Shown here piece by piece: positions 18,203 to 27,018 of a DNA stretch of 64,000 bases. Source of the stretch: Candidatus Latescibacterota bacterium (lineage in GTDB: Bacteria > Latescibacterota > UBA2968); the NCBI GenBank assembly GCA_965222605.1, contig OZ244960.1, positions 3,328,001-3,392,000 on the forward strand. The letters run 5' to 3'. The number at the start of each line of letters is the position of its first letter. Position 1 is the stretch's first letter. The notes beneath the pieces are model-generated. The model was not told the origin of the DNA and did no database searches. It saw only the letters and a program-made list of their open reading frames with translations. The position numbers and the translations under genes were made by a program.

Positions 18203-18478
18203 TCATTTAGAATGCGACTTGTCCCAGATGGGTTTTACTTTTTCGATGACTTCGGCATCGGTCGGGCTGGACGCGATGATGTTCGTAAATTCTTCGGCTT
18301 CAACGCCAAGTTCCTCCAGGAACTTTCTGTCAGCTGGTCACGGATAGACGTAGTCACCAATACAGCCTCGCAATTTGGCGCGGGCTTTATCTGTAATGCG
18401 CGGGAGCCAGGGCATGTCGCCCATGTAAAGCTGGCGGCTGCGCGGTCTAAAATCAACAGCGGAACTGAGTTTGTCCAT
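18203..18478 (-). CDS. DUF5069-like small protein with in-frame TGA (candidate selenocysteine at codon 47)
   Basis: RBS GGAGGA; MDKLSSAVDFRPRSRQLYMGDMPWLPRITDKARAKLRGCIGDYVYP-U-PADRKFLEELGVEAEEFTNIIASSPTDAEVIEKVKPIWDKSHSK; TGA at 18340-18338; promoter TTGCTA-N17-TATGTT (18550-18522). Confidence 0.75.
18308..18325 (-). promoter_or_regulatory. candidate bacterial SECIS hairpin
   Basis: AAGTTCC-TGGA-GGAACTT starting 12 nt after the in-frame TGA; G in the apical loop. Confidence 0.6.
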
Positions 18479-18558
18479 TGTAGATTCCTCCTTCAGGTAT
18501 AATGGCTTTTACAATTGTCATAACATAGTGATTTTGCCAGTGAATAGCAAGTTAGAAA

Positions 18559-18720
18559 CTGATGTTACGCATGTCTCGCGTTTCTGTCATGCTGAGGAAG
18601 CCGATAGGCTGACGAAGCATCTTTTACCTATGCATATCGTTCAGGCAGCAGATTCTTCGACTCCGCTGCGCTCCGCTCAGAATGACAGGCGCATTATATT
18701 GTGCCTATGCGTAACGTCAG
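18559..18720. mobile_element. 162-bp MITE with internal palindromic repeat
   Basis: TIRs CTGATGTTACGCA / TGCGTAACGTCAG; 7-bp TSD TTAGAAA (18552-18558, 18721-18727); internal GTCATGCTGAG...CTCAGAATGAC. Confidence 0.88.
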
Positions 18721-19109
18721 TTAGAAAGTGAACCCGCCAGTTGAATAAGGTCATATAAATTCTCGCAGATTGATTTGTTTCATACCTTCTTTAATGTATT
18801 CTAAACTCTTGCGATTTGATAAATCCAGTATGGGATGCTCAAAATCAATTTTCTCCGCCAATATACTTGCTACTTCTTTAGTCCAGTGGGACATACTCAT
18901 TTGAACAATATTGCCATTTATGGCTTCAGCCATTTGGACAATACGACTGCGTTCACCAATTCTATCCACTAAAATAATTGTCGACATGTAATGTGTCTGT
19001 CTGCCCAATTCTATCTCTCTTTCAAACCTCGATACTTTATCCAAAGATATCTCTGTATTCCCCGGCCCAATAAAACCAATGTCGAATCTTACACCAACAC
19101 CTGGTTCAT

Positions 19110-20157
19110 ACGCGATGTGTGACTTCAAAATTTTACGAGACCGTCAAAATCCAGCGGGTCTCTGTAATTGATAATATTGAGAAAGACACACATGGTATGG
19201 GTTAAGATTTTGGTATGCCACAGGTTCAATAAGTGCCATGCATCTCGCACTTTCATGCGGGCAATATGTAAACGTTCTGTCAATTGTGCATAAACGGTTT
19301 CGACTAATCGCCTTGTGGCTTTCTTCGCTTTGGGCAAAATGAAAGGGGTGCGTTCAGGATTTTCTTTCATATTGGACTTTAAGGGTGTCTTTATGCGTAT
19401 GCGGTAGGTATCAAAACACCTTTTTTGCCAGTCCAAGTCCATAAATGCCGCATCTGCCAAGACGGTTGTCTCTCCCATCGTACCATTCAGGAGTGCGTCT
19501 CGGCAGTTCTTGTCGTGTCCATACGCTTGCAGGATCGGCGCGTGGACAATAAGACCATAATCCGTGATCCTAAGGCCACCCTTAAAGCCAAAATATGCTT
19601 CACTTTTGGCGGCACAAAAGCCTTTTGAGGGGGGAGGGAACTCAAAGACTGGCTCTCTTGTAAATATCTTGCGATAATGTCGCCTTGCCAGTTTACAGAT
19701 CGGTAAGGGTAGCGTATCTATGATCTGGCAGGATGCCTGATGCCCTTCCAAGCTGGCAACAATCCGCTGTTGCATCCACATCTTGACAACCCACAAATTG
19801 GCACATTGACGCACAAAGGCAGGACGGTCTTTCAAAGTGGGAAACCAATCTATGAAGTGTTCTTTCATCTGCTCATAAAGTTTTTTCTGGCTTGAATATC
19901 CCAAAAAGTGACCCACGATTTCTATGGTGAGGCATTCGGCATCACTTAAACCGGGGTCAAAGCCTGCCCGACGGGGCTTGCCATGCACCTTACAGAAAGC
20001 CGGATAGAGTTCGTCTTCAATAAAACAGTAGATTGCAATGACAAAAAGGTCTAAATTATACATCGGAGGTTCCTTTCGTTGAATGGCTTCTTGTTTAGTG
20101 AACAATTCAAGATAGCCGAGGAACCTCTTTTTCGCTATTTAAAGTCACACATCACGT
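19110..20157 (-). mobile_element. IS982-like insertion sequence (1048 bp)
   Basis: 16-bp TIRs ACGCGATGTGTGACTT / AAGTCACACATCACGT; 9-bp TSD CTGGTTCAT (19101-19109, 20158-20166). Confidence 0.9.
19125..20063 (-). CDS. IS982-family DDE transposase
   Basis: LSDAECLTI, IIDTLPLPIC, YFGFK, LADAAF, RRLVETVYAQL. Confidence 0.88.
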   Translation of the reverse strand: MYNLDLFVIAIYCFIEDELYPAFCKVHGKPRRAGFDPGLSDAECLTIEIVGHFLGYSSQKKLYEQMKEHFIDWFPTLKDRPAFVRQCANLWVVKMWMQQRIVASLEGHQASCQIIDTLPLPICKLARRHYRKIFTREPVFEFPPPSKGFCAAKSEAYFGFKGGLRITDYGLIVHAPILQAYGHDKNCRDALLNGTMGETTVLADAAFMDLDWQKRCFDTYRIRIKTPLKSNMKENPERTPFILPKAKKATRRLVETVYAQLTERLHIARMKVRDAWHLLNLWHTKILTHTMCVFLNIINYRDPLDFDGLVKF

Positions 20158-20901
20158 CTGGTTCATATAAAAGGGTGGCATCACTCTCTCGTTTTTTCCC
20201 TCGGTCGGATAACCAGTAAACTTTGTTGGTCTCATCAGTATTTTGGGGATCAATTTTCCGAAAGCCCAATAATGAGAGGAGGGAACCCAATATAAGCTTT
20301 TCAAACAACTTACCATACATTGATTTTTCGGAACCTCTAATCGCTAATGTTTGAGTGCCAATGGCAGCAAAAAGATAGAGAATGAATGGCCAATCCACCT
20401 TGCATTCCACGCCCTGGATTTTCAAAATACCTTCGAGTTCCCCATAGTCAATTTTACATTTATCCGTAGATTGTTTAAGTGATTCCTCAAGCGCATTGAG
20501 GTAATTATCAAATTCATTATCCCTACTTCTCAATACATTCTGGATACTTTTTCCTGTTAGACCGATACACCATTGCAAAAAAAGTTTTCTCTCATTCGGT
20601 ATTCTTGATCTTAGTTCGGTTTTTACAATCTCCGGGATCTTATCGACAAAATTCTCAATATCCTGACCAGACCTGAGAAAAGTCACAAATAGTGCTGCAT
20701 TTGAAAGCGTCAATCTTCTCCGGGTCAACCCTTCGGTTAAAGAACGGATATTCCCACCGCACAGGACAGAGGTCACAACTTCCTTAACGATATCCTCACC
20801 AATCCTGTCAATTACTTCAACACCTCGATACCTTGCCAGAGATTCACCAATACGGGGGATATTTTGCGATATTGTCTCATAAAACATTGGTTTCTCCGGT
20901 T

Positions 20902-22092
20902 CTAAAATTCAATATAGTGCTTGATAGGTGCAACTGGCTCACAGTTTATCCAATTCACTTCTTCGACTTCCTGCTGCAACCAGTTCTCAATATTCTTCTT
21001 AATTTCATTAACATATTCTTCATTGATTTCAAATAGTACAAATCTCCTATTGAGTTTGGAGGCAGCTTTTCCAACTGTGCCAATGCCCGCAAAGGGATCG
21101 AGAATGACGTCATTCTTAAACGAATAGTATCGAATCACTTTCTCTGCAAGTTCTAATGGGAATATTGCTGGATGCTTTTTGCTGTGAGCAGGATGAATCT
21201 TCCAGATATTCGTTACCTCATACCCATCCTCAATTCGAGACGCTTTAACTCGTTTTTGATCTGGATGTTTTCTGATATGCCAATCAATCAATTTATCCGT
21301 GTTCTTTCGATAGACCAAAATATATTCTGTTATGGGGACAGATTTGTATTGCAACGGATTTCTATCAGCCGCAAATCTTCTACCTCGTCCAGTTGCCCAA
21401 CCAGCACCTTCCGGTTTTACCCATATTATATCATCAATAAACTCAAATCCTTCTTCGATAAAAATTCTGTGAATATCAAAAGGCACTGCTATTCTCTTAG
21501 AAGATTCATTTCGACTTGCTCTACGAATCAACACAGGCGATATGTTTATGACAAAAAACCGTCCTTCATTTAGAACTCTATGACACTGATGTATAATTTT
21601 TCTCATTTTGAGTAAGTATTCATCGTATTGAATGTAATCAGAATATTCAGGCCGAGCATTATAGTAAGGAGGAGACGTGAATACGAGATCAACCGATTCA
21701 GATGGTGTCTGCAAAAGCAGTTCTTCACTGTCTCCCAAACCAACTGAGTTTCTCAAATTTGAAATTTTAGGCACACCAGCTTTTTTTCGTTTTTTAGTTC
21801 TACCGTTTGTACGCCCGAGCAACCTTGCTTCTAAGATCTCCTTTTGAGTTGTCTTTGGTTCTTGTATCAAACTCGTATATGCATCAATTACTATCTCACC
21901 TATCTTATTGTTATCCTTACCCTTTAAGGGTACTCGCCAAAGATGGTATCGGTCATCTACTTCTGGCAGTCCAAACTCAATTGCCTTGTTAAGATCGATA
22001 TCTTTGAGATAATTAGTGGAAATCTGTTTTGCATCCTCAACATTTTTCACGCGATATTTTCGCTGATCATAAACTGTTATTTTTTTTGACAT
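20902..22092 (-). CDS. N4-cytosine/N6-adenine DNA methyltransferase (beta class), cognate of the CfrBI-like nuclease
   Basis: TSPPY before HPAIFP and DPFAGIGT; low GC; adjacent to the nuclease gene. Confidence 0.92.
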   Translation of the reverse strand: MSKKITVYDQRKYRVKNVEDAKQISTNYLKDIDLNKAIEFGLPEVDDRYHLWRVPLKGKDNNKIGEIVIDAYTSLIQEPKTTQKEILEARLLGRTNGRTKKRKKAGVPKISNLRNSVGLGDSEELLLQTPSESVDLVFTSPPYYNARPEYSDYIQYDEYLLKMRKIIHQCHRVLNEGRFFVINISPVLIRRASRNESSKRIAVPFDIHRIFIEEGFEFIDDIIWVKPEGAGWATGRGRRFAADRNPLQYKSVPITEYILVYRKNTDKLIDWHIRKHPDQKRVKASRIEDGYEVTNIWKIHPAHSKKHPAIFPLELAEKVIRYYSFKNDVILDPFAGIGTVGKAASKLNRRFVLFEINEEYVNEIKKNIENWLQQEVEEVNWINCEPVAPIKHYIEF

Positions 22093-22129
22093 AATATCTC
22101 CAAGCACTCTACGAACACGAATTAAGTGG

Positions 22130-22197
22130 GCGGCTTAAACCATGTTGCAATGATAACCAAACCACTGGATTGCGGCTTAAACCATGCCGCAATGACA
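22130..22197. repeat. two copies of a short palindromic repeat (GCGGCTTAAACCATGCCGCAATGAC family)
   Basis: 22130-22153 and 22167-22197; reverse-complement relatives at 33115, 33219 and 34281. Confidence 0.75.
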
Positions 22198-22392
22198 GCT
22201 AAAACCTTCTGGTTTGAGTTAATAACAAACTTTTTTTACTGACCATTAAGGAATGTTTTTTAGATATAGTCAATTTATCGAGGAAAACAAGGATTTTTTG
22301 CAGTTTGCTATACTTTGAACAAGCGGCATACAACTTCCCAAGAAGCTCATTTGAAGGTTTTAATGGATCGTATTATTCAACTTTATGACAAT

Positions 22393-22962
22393 CTATTTTA
22401 CGGCGTATGTGCTCAGCGTTGTGTCGCCGTATTTTTTTTCTCGAGAGAGGATGAGGTTGGGAAAGGATTTGGGTAGCGTTGTTTGGGAGGCGTGTTGGAC
22501 GAGAACGCGGGCGTTGGGTGCGAGGATGGGGGTTGTTGCGAGGCGGGTGAGCAGGGCGCAGGACATGGGTTGCCCGTCTAATTGTTGGTGGTAGGGGGGG
22601 TCGAGGTATAGGATGTCAAATAGGGCATTCGAATGCGCGAGTTGGGGCAAGAGTTTCTGCGCGGGACGCGCGTAAAGCTGGATGCGGTCGTTGAGGTGCC
22701 AATTTTCTATAAGCTGTGCGATGAAGTGGTTGCAGCGGCGGTCGGGTTCATTGATGACCACCTGTGCGCCGCGGCTACAGGCTTCAAGGCCGATTTGACC
22801 AGAGCAGGAGAAGAGGTCGAGGAAATAACTGCCGTAGAGGATCTCGCCAAGGGAAGAGAATACGGCTTTTTTTACAAAGTCGGATGTGACGCGGGCATTG
22901 CCGTACTTTTTGTTGTTAAAGGGAATGCGGCGGCCCTTAAATTCGCCAGCGATGATGCGCAT
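22393..22962 (-). CDS. rsmD: RsmD-family (16S rRNA m2G966-type) methyltransferase
   Basis: MRIIAGEFKGRRI, LDLFSCSG, DPPY, KKYGDT. Confidence 0.8.
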   Translation of the reverse strand: MRIIAGEFKGRRIPFNNKKYGNARVTSDFVKKAVFSSLGEILYGSYFLDLFSCSGQIGLEACSRGAQVVINEPDRRCNHFIAQLIENWHLNDRIQLYARPAQKLLPQLAHSNALFDILYLDPPYHQQLDGQPMSCALLTRLATTPILAPNARVLVQHASQTTLPKSFPNLILSREKKYGDTTLSTYAVK

Positions 22963-22973
22963 AAGAGAGTGTT

Positions 22974-25454
22974 TTAATTCCCATACCGGAAGCGCACTTC
23001 GCGTTCGATGCTCTTGCCACTGACCAGGTCGGTTACGATGACTTCGAGTGCGTTGACGCCGGGTTTGACTTCGTTGAGTACGATTTCGACGTATTCGCGC
23101 TCGTCGGCATCGCGTCCCGTGAGTTCGTTGGTGATGGCCACCTGGGTTTTGCTGGTTCTAAAGATAGCTCGCAACCCCGTGGCCACAGCACCAAATACGC
23201 CAACGGCGGGCATAGCACTGGAGCGAATGCGGTATTCGGTTTTGTAGCGGGTTTGTCCAAAGGTGTCTTTGGTCAGGTTGTAGATTTCAAAGTAGGCATA
23301 GACATTTTGCGTTGCGGCATAACTGCGTGTGGGAATGGGAATGATCCACACGTCTTCTTTTTGAAATTTTGCCGCGCCTTCTTCCGCGATGCTCGAGGCC
23401 AGTTGAATATCGCTGACTTGAAGCTCTGGGATTTGATAGTCTCTGACTTCGAGTCTTTGCCGGTAGAGTCCGGTGCGTCCAGATATGAGGTCTTTCATTT
23501 GTACTTGAAGTTCGTATTTGCCGGGCGGTACCTGTGTTTTGACAATTTCAGGCACAAAAGCTCCCTGTTCGGTTGCGCTGGGTACTTGCGCGCCGCGATA
23601 CGCGAACGCATCGGTTGTGCGATAGATGGATGTGTGACCTTCATTTGCCAGCGCAACGGCCAATTGTACGTGTATGAAACTCGAATCAGCTTCTTGTTCA
23701 ATTTCGACCTGCTCGGGCGGGATGCCGTAATAAATCTCGAGATTGGTTTGGCCGTCGGGCCCGCGGAAGTGCGCCAGATCATAGTAAAAATTGAGTATAT
23801 CGCCGGGAAGTCCAGGGCGATAAAAATCGGGCGAAGTCGATACGGTTTGCTGGTAGATGACTTCTGGCATGTGTTCGGTCATGCGGGCGATATAAACGAT
23901 GGCTTCGGCATCTTCGGTTGTGGCTTCGGGCAATGGGGCAAAGTCATAGCGTCCATTGCCCCATTCGTCGGTGAATGTGATCTCTATGCCCCCATTGAGT
24001 TGAATATAGGTCCAGGTCTCCCAGGGCACGGTATCAAACTCATTGCCAATGGTAACAGGTGCGTATCGGCCAAACTGCAGGCGGGTGTTGAGCTGTCCCG
24101 TTTGCTCATCAAGAACGCTTCCGATGGTGCCATCGCGCTCAAAGGGATTGCGCTCAAAACCGAGCCTGAAGTCCGCAGCCTCACCGCCTTCGGCCTCGGG
24201 GAGTTCGCCCATACTTTCATCGACGCCTTCGCCGGCTTCTTCGGACGTAAAACTCTCGTCGCCTATGTCGGAAGGACCGCCTGGATCAAAGAGGGAGCCT
24301 GTTTCGCGGTTGGTGCGAACGGGAAAGACCGGACCCGTGAAGGTGAAGAAGGCCGCTTCAGGACCGTAGATGTCAACGGCCATCTGCGTGCGCACGCGCT
24401 CTACTTCGGCGGTTTGGACAAAGTTGCGATCATTGGAGCGCGAGCGGTAGTCGGGTTCGCCATATCGGATATAAACGGCACCTCGCTCATCCCAGGGATA
24501 GACATTGGACGAAAAATAGGTGCGTGCATACCACGTGCGGCGGTAGTGTTCGATGACGCGCTCGTTGAGTTTGGTGAGAATGTCGGGGTCGCGGCGCGCC
24601 CAGAATTGCTCGCGATATGCCTGTTGTTCGGGACCCGGTGTGGTGGCGTGGTATTCTTCGAGTTCTATATCTGAGGCAACGTAAGCAATATTGGTGTAAT
24701 GTGCGCGTTCACTGCCTTCGATGTTGGCGAGATAACGCTCGAAGAGTTCAAGGGCTTTTTGCGTCTCGTCATTGTAAAAATGGCCCTGTGCGATAATGGG
24801 CAAGAGTTGAACGACGTCGGGGTTTGCCGAAAGGTAAGGGGCAATATATTCGAGAATTTTGTCAAATTCTTTGGCCTGTACACAGGCTAAACCGAAATAA
24901 TAAAGGCCCTCGGGGTTATCGGGTTCGAGTTCGACGTATTTCTGATAATACTGCATGGACCTGGTGTGGTCTTCTTGAAATCGCTCATAGACTTCGCCGA
25001 GCAACCGATAGGCCGGGCCGTAGTTGGGGTCGAGTTTGGTGGCGCGCTTGGCTTGGGCAATGGCTCTGCGAAAGTTGTAATAAGATTGCATTCCCCGCGT
25101 GGGTGCTTCGGCATACGTAAGGCCAAGTCCTACGTAGGCTTCGACGAGGCTTTTGTCGAGTTTTTTGGCCTTGTTGAAGGCATTTTCGGCTTCTTTGTAT
25201 TCTTTCCGTTTGAGGTAGATATAACCCAGTTGAGAATACACATGGGCGTCTTCGGGGAAAAGTTCTAAAATGCGTTGAAGGGTTGCCATGGCCTCGTTGA
25301 TTTCACCAGCTTGAATCTGACGTTGGCCCAGGGCAAACATCGTATTTCGGTAGGCTTTGTCTTGTTGAGGCGTTTCATCTTCTTCGGCAAAAAGAGGCAG
25401 TGCAATACAAGAGGCACAGCAGACAACCATCCAGAACCGCAATCCAATTTTCAT
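22974..25454 (-). CDS. secreted TPR + GWxTD domain protein
   Basis: Signal peptide, TPR-like repeats, FWARRDPD...EHYRR...DERGAVYIRYGEPD, PWETWTY. Confidence 0.85.
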   Translation of the reverse strand: MKIGLRFWMVVCCASCIALPLFAEEDETPQQDKAYRNTMFALGQRQIQAGEINEAMATLQRILELFPEDAHVYSQLGYIYLKRKEYKEAENAFNKAKKLDKSLVEAYVGLGLTYAEAPTRGMQSYYNFRRAIAQAKRATKLDPNYGPAYRLLGEVYERFQEDHTRSMQYYQKYVELEPDNPEGLYYFGLACVQAKEFDKILEYIAPYLSANPDVVQLLPIIAQGHFYNDETQKALELFERYLANIEGSERAHYTNIAYVASDIELEEYHATTPGPEQQAYREQFWARRDPDILTKLNERVIEHYRRTWYARTYFSSNVYPWDERGAVYIRYGEPDYRSRSNDRNFVQTAEVERVRTQMAVDIYGPEAAFFTFTGPVFPVRTNRETGSLFDPGGPSDIGDESFTSEEAGEGVDESMGELPEAEGGEAADFRLGFERNPFERDGTIGSVLDEQTGQLNTRLQFGRYAPVTIGNEFDTVPWETWTYIQLNGGIEITFTDEWGNGRYDFAPLPEATTEDAEAIVYIARMTEHMPEVIYQQTVSTSPDFYRPGLPGDILNFYYDLAHFRGPDGQTNLEIYYGIPPEQVEIEQEADSSFIHVQLAVALANEGHTSIYRTTDAFAYRGAQVPSATEQGAFVPEIVKTQVPPGKYELQVQMKDLISGRTGLYRQRLEVRDYQIPELQVSDIQLASSIAEEGAAKFQKEDVWIIPIPTRSYAATQNVYAYFEIYNLTKDTFGQTRYKTEYRIRSSAMPAVGVFGAVATGLRAIFRTSKTQVAITNELTGRDADEREYVEIVLNEVKPGVNALEVIVTDLVSGKSIEREVRFRYGN

Positions 25455-25696
25455 GGTATTCTCCCGATGTAAAAGTCGGAGGACCAGATGTGTTTTATTA
25501 TTTGTTAAAATATTGTAAGAACCTGTCTTTGTCAATAGATTCCAATCAGTTAAACCTCGTGCGTGAGACTATGTTGATAACGCTTGACTGATGGGGTGGT
25601 TCCGCTTTTTACAATTCTTTACTTGACCCCTTAAAAAAAAGAGTCTTATGTTGAGACAATGGACAAAAGAGGATCTAAAACATTGGGGGTAATTTT

Positions 25697-27013
25697 ATGT
25701 GGTATCGATTTTGTTGGATTGTCGCGTTCTGGGGGTTGATTTTTGAAAGTATTTCCGCAGATGCAATAGGAATTCCATGGGACTTGTCTGCGATAATGGG
25801 TTCTGTAACGATTGAGCAGGAGCAGAGGCAACGCTTTAATTTGCAGCCTCGCATACGAATTGGGAAACTGGATGCCGCTTTTGATCTGGAGCTTTTTTTA
25901 GACCATGAGGGGCGTATTCGGGATAGTGGATGGGATTTTTCGAGCCGACGAAGAGGTGCGAAGAGTCTGTTGCGAAAAATTCACTACCTGCGCTATGGAG
26001 ATCCCAATGATCGCAATCAGCGGCTGTCTTTGCACGTTGGTGCTTTGGAATGGGTGACATTGGGCACGGGACTGGTGATGCGCAATTATCGCAATACGTA
26101 CGGTTCGCCGGGGGTGAAACGCGCGGGTTTGGACATGAGAGTTCGCGATATTTTGGGGCGTTTGACAGTGCGCGCCCTGATCGGCGATTTGTTGGATTTA
26201 GAAGGTGGCGGACCTGTTTTTGGAGGGCGTGCCGAATTTCAACTGATTCCGCTATTGGATATGGGCGTCACGGCGGTTGTGGATATGGATCAACTTAGCG
26301 GTCTGCCCGATTCGATTCGCACAGATCTGCCGCGCGATGCGTTTGCAGCCGCGAGTGTTGATGTGGGCTATCCCTTTATCGATAGGCGGCATTTAAGGGC
26401 GAGGCTGTATGCGGGTGCTGGGCGAATTTTGGATGGGGATAGTGGCACGGGTCTCGCTTTGCCCGGTGTGAGTGTTAATGTGGGGCCGGCGCGCTTGCAA
26501 GGTGAGTATCGCTGGGTGAGCGGTCGGTTTCAGCCCGGGCATTTTGACGCGCTCTACGATGTCAATCGAGCGATTGTCGATCCGAGTACAGGGGCTATCA
26601 CCACGCGCGAAGCCACGTTGCAGTCTGCGTCGATGCAAGGGGTGTTTGGAGGGGCTTTTTTAAAAATTTACAGTATTCTGTTGGCAAGTGGGTCTTATCA
26701 GCACTTGCGCGGGGATGTCGGCGATGCACAAATTGTGGAAGGTCGCGTAGAATTCGTGCCAGAATTTTTGAAGCAGTTGCCCAAAATGAAGGTGATACGG
26801 GCCGAGGGGTATTTTGAGAAGCGCTTTCGAGACAGCAGCCTGAGAAACTTGTTTGATGGCACGCCTAATACGCGGTTTGGATATGTGGTTGTTCTGGAAC
26901 CAGTAAAGAATACGGGGGTGATATTGGAGGCTGAATTTACTTATCTGCCAGATGGTTCCGGCGGGTTTAAGCGTCAACGGATTTTGAATATTCAGACTGA
27001 GATAAAGCTTTAA
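25697..27013 (+). CDS. hypothetical exported, probably outer-membrane beta-barrel protein
   Basis: Signal peptide, amphipathic beta strands, KIHYLRYG, TLGTGLVMRNYRN. Confidence 0.65.
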   Translation: MWYRFCWIVAFWGLIFESISADAIGIPWDLSAIMGSVTIEQEQRQRFNLQPRIRIGKLDAAFDLELFLDHEGRIRDSGWDFSSRRRGAKSLLRKIHYLRYGDPNDRNQRLSLHVGALEWVTLGTGLVMRNYRNTYGSPGVKRAGLDMRVRDILGRLTVRALIGDLLDLEGGGPVFGGRAEFQLIPLLDMGVTAVVDMDQLSGLPDSIRTDLPRDAFAAASVDVGYPFIDRRHLRARLYAGAGRILDGDSGTGLALPGVSVNVGPARLQGEYRWVSGRFQPGHFDALYDVNRAIVDPSTGAITTREATLQSASMQGVFGGAFLKIYSILLASGSYQHLRGDVGDAQIVEGRVEFVPEFLKQLPKMKVIRAEGYFEKRFRDSSLRNLFDGTPNTRFGYVVVLEPVKNTGVILEAEFTYLPDGSGGFKRQRILNIQTEIKL

Positions 27014-27018
27014 GTCGT

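Larger units (their letters stand above)
18751..20887 (-). pseudogene. CfrBI-family type II restriction endonuclease interrupted by an IS
   Basis: Removing the IS and one TSD restores ...RESDATLLYEP|GVGVRFDIGFIGPGNTEISLDKVSRF; also IRGSEKSMYGKLFE. Confidence 0.85.

Noticed and set aside
18165-18502. ORF-track calls 18165..18347, 18167..18502 and 18235..18456
   Set aside because: Alternative frames without RBS or motifs. The minus-strand TGA-containing frame has a promoter, RBS and family motifs.
23253-24674. 473-aa plus-strand ORF, and similar long antisense ORFs (15176..16252, 45281..46255, 48314..49315, 59483..60202)
   Set aside because: They lie fully opposite well-supported genes, have no motifs, and are explained by codon bias.
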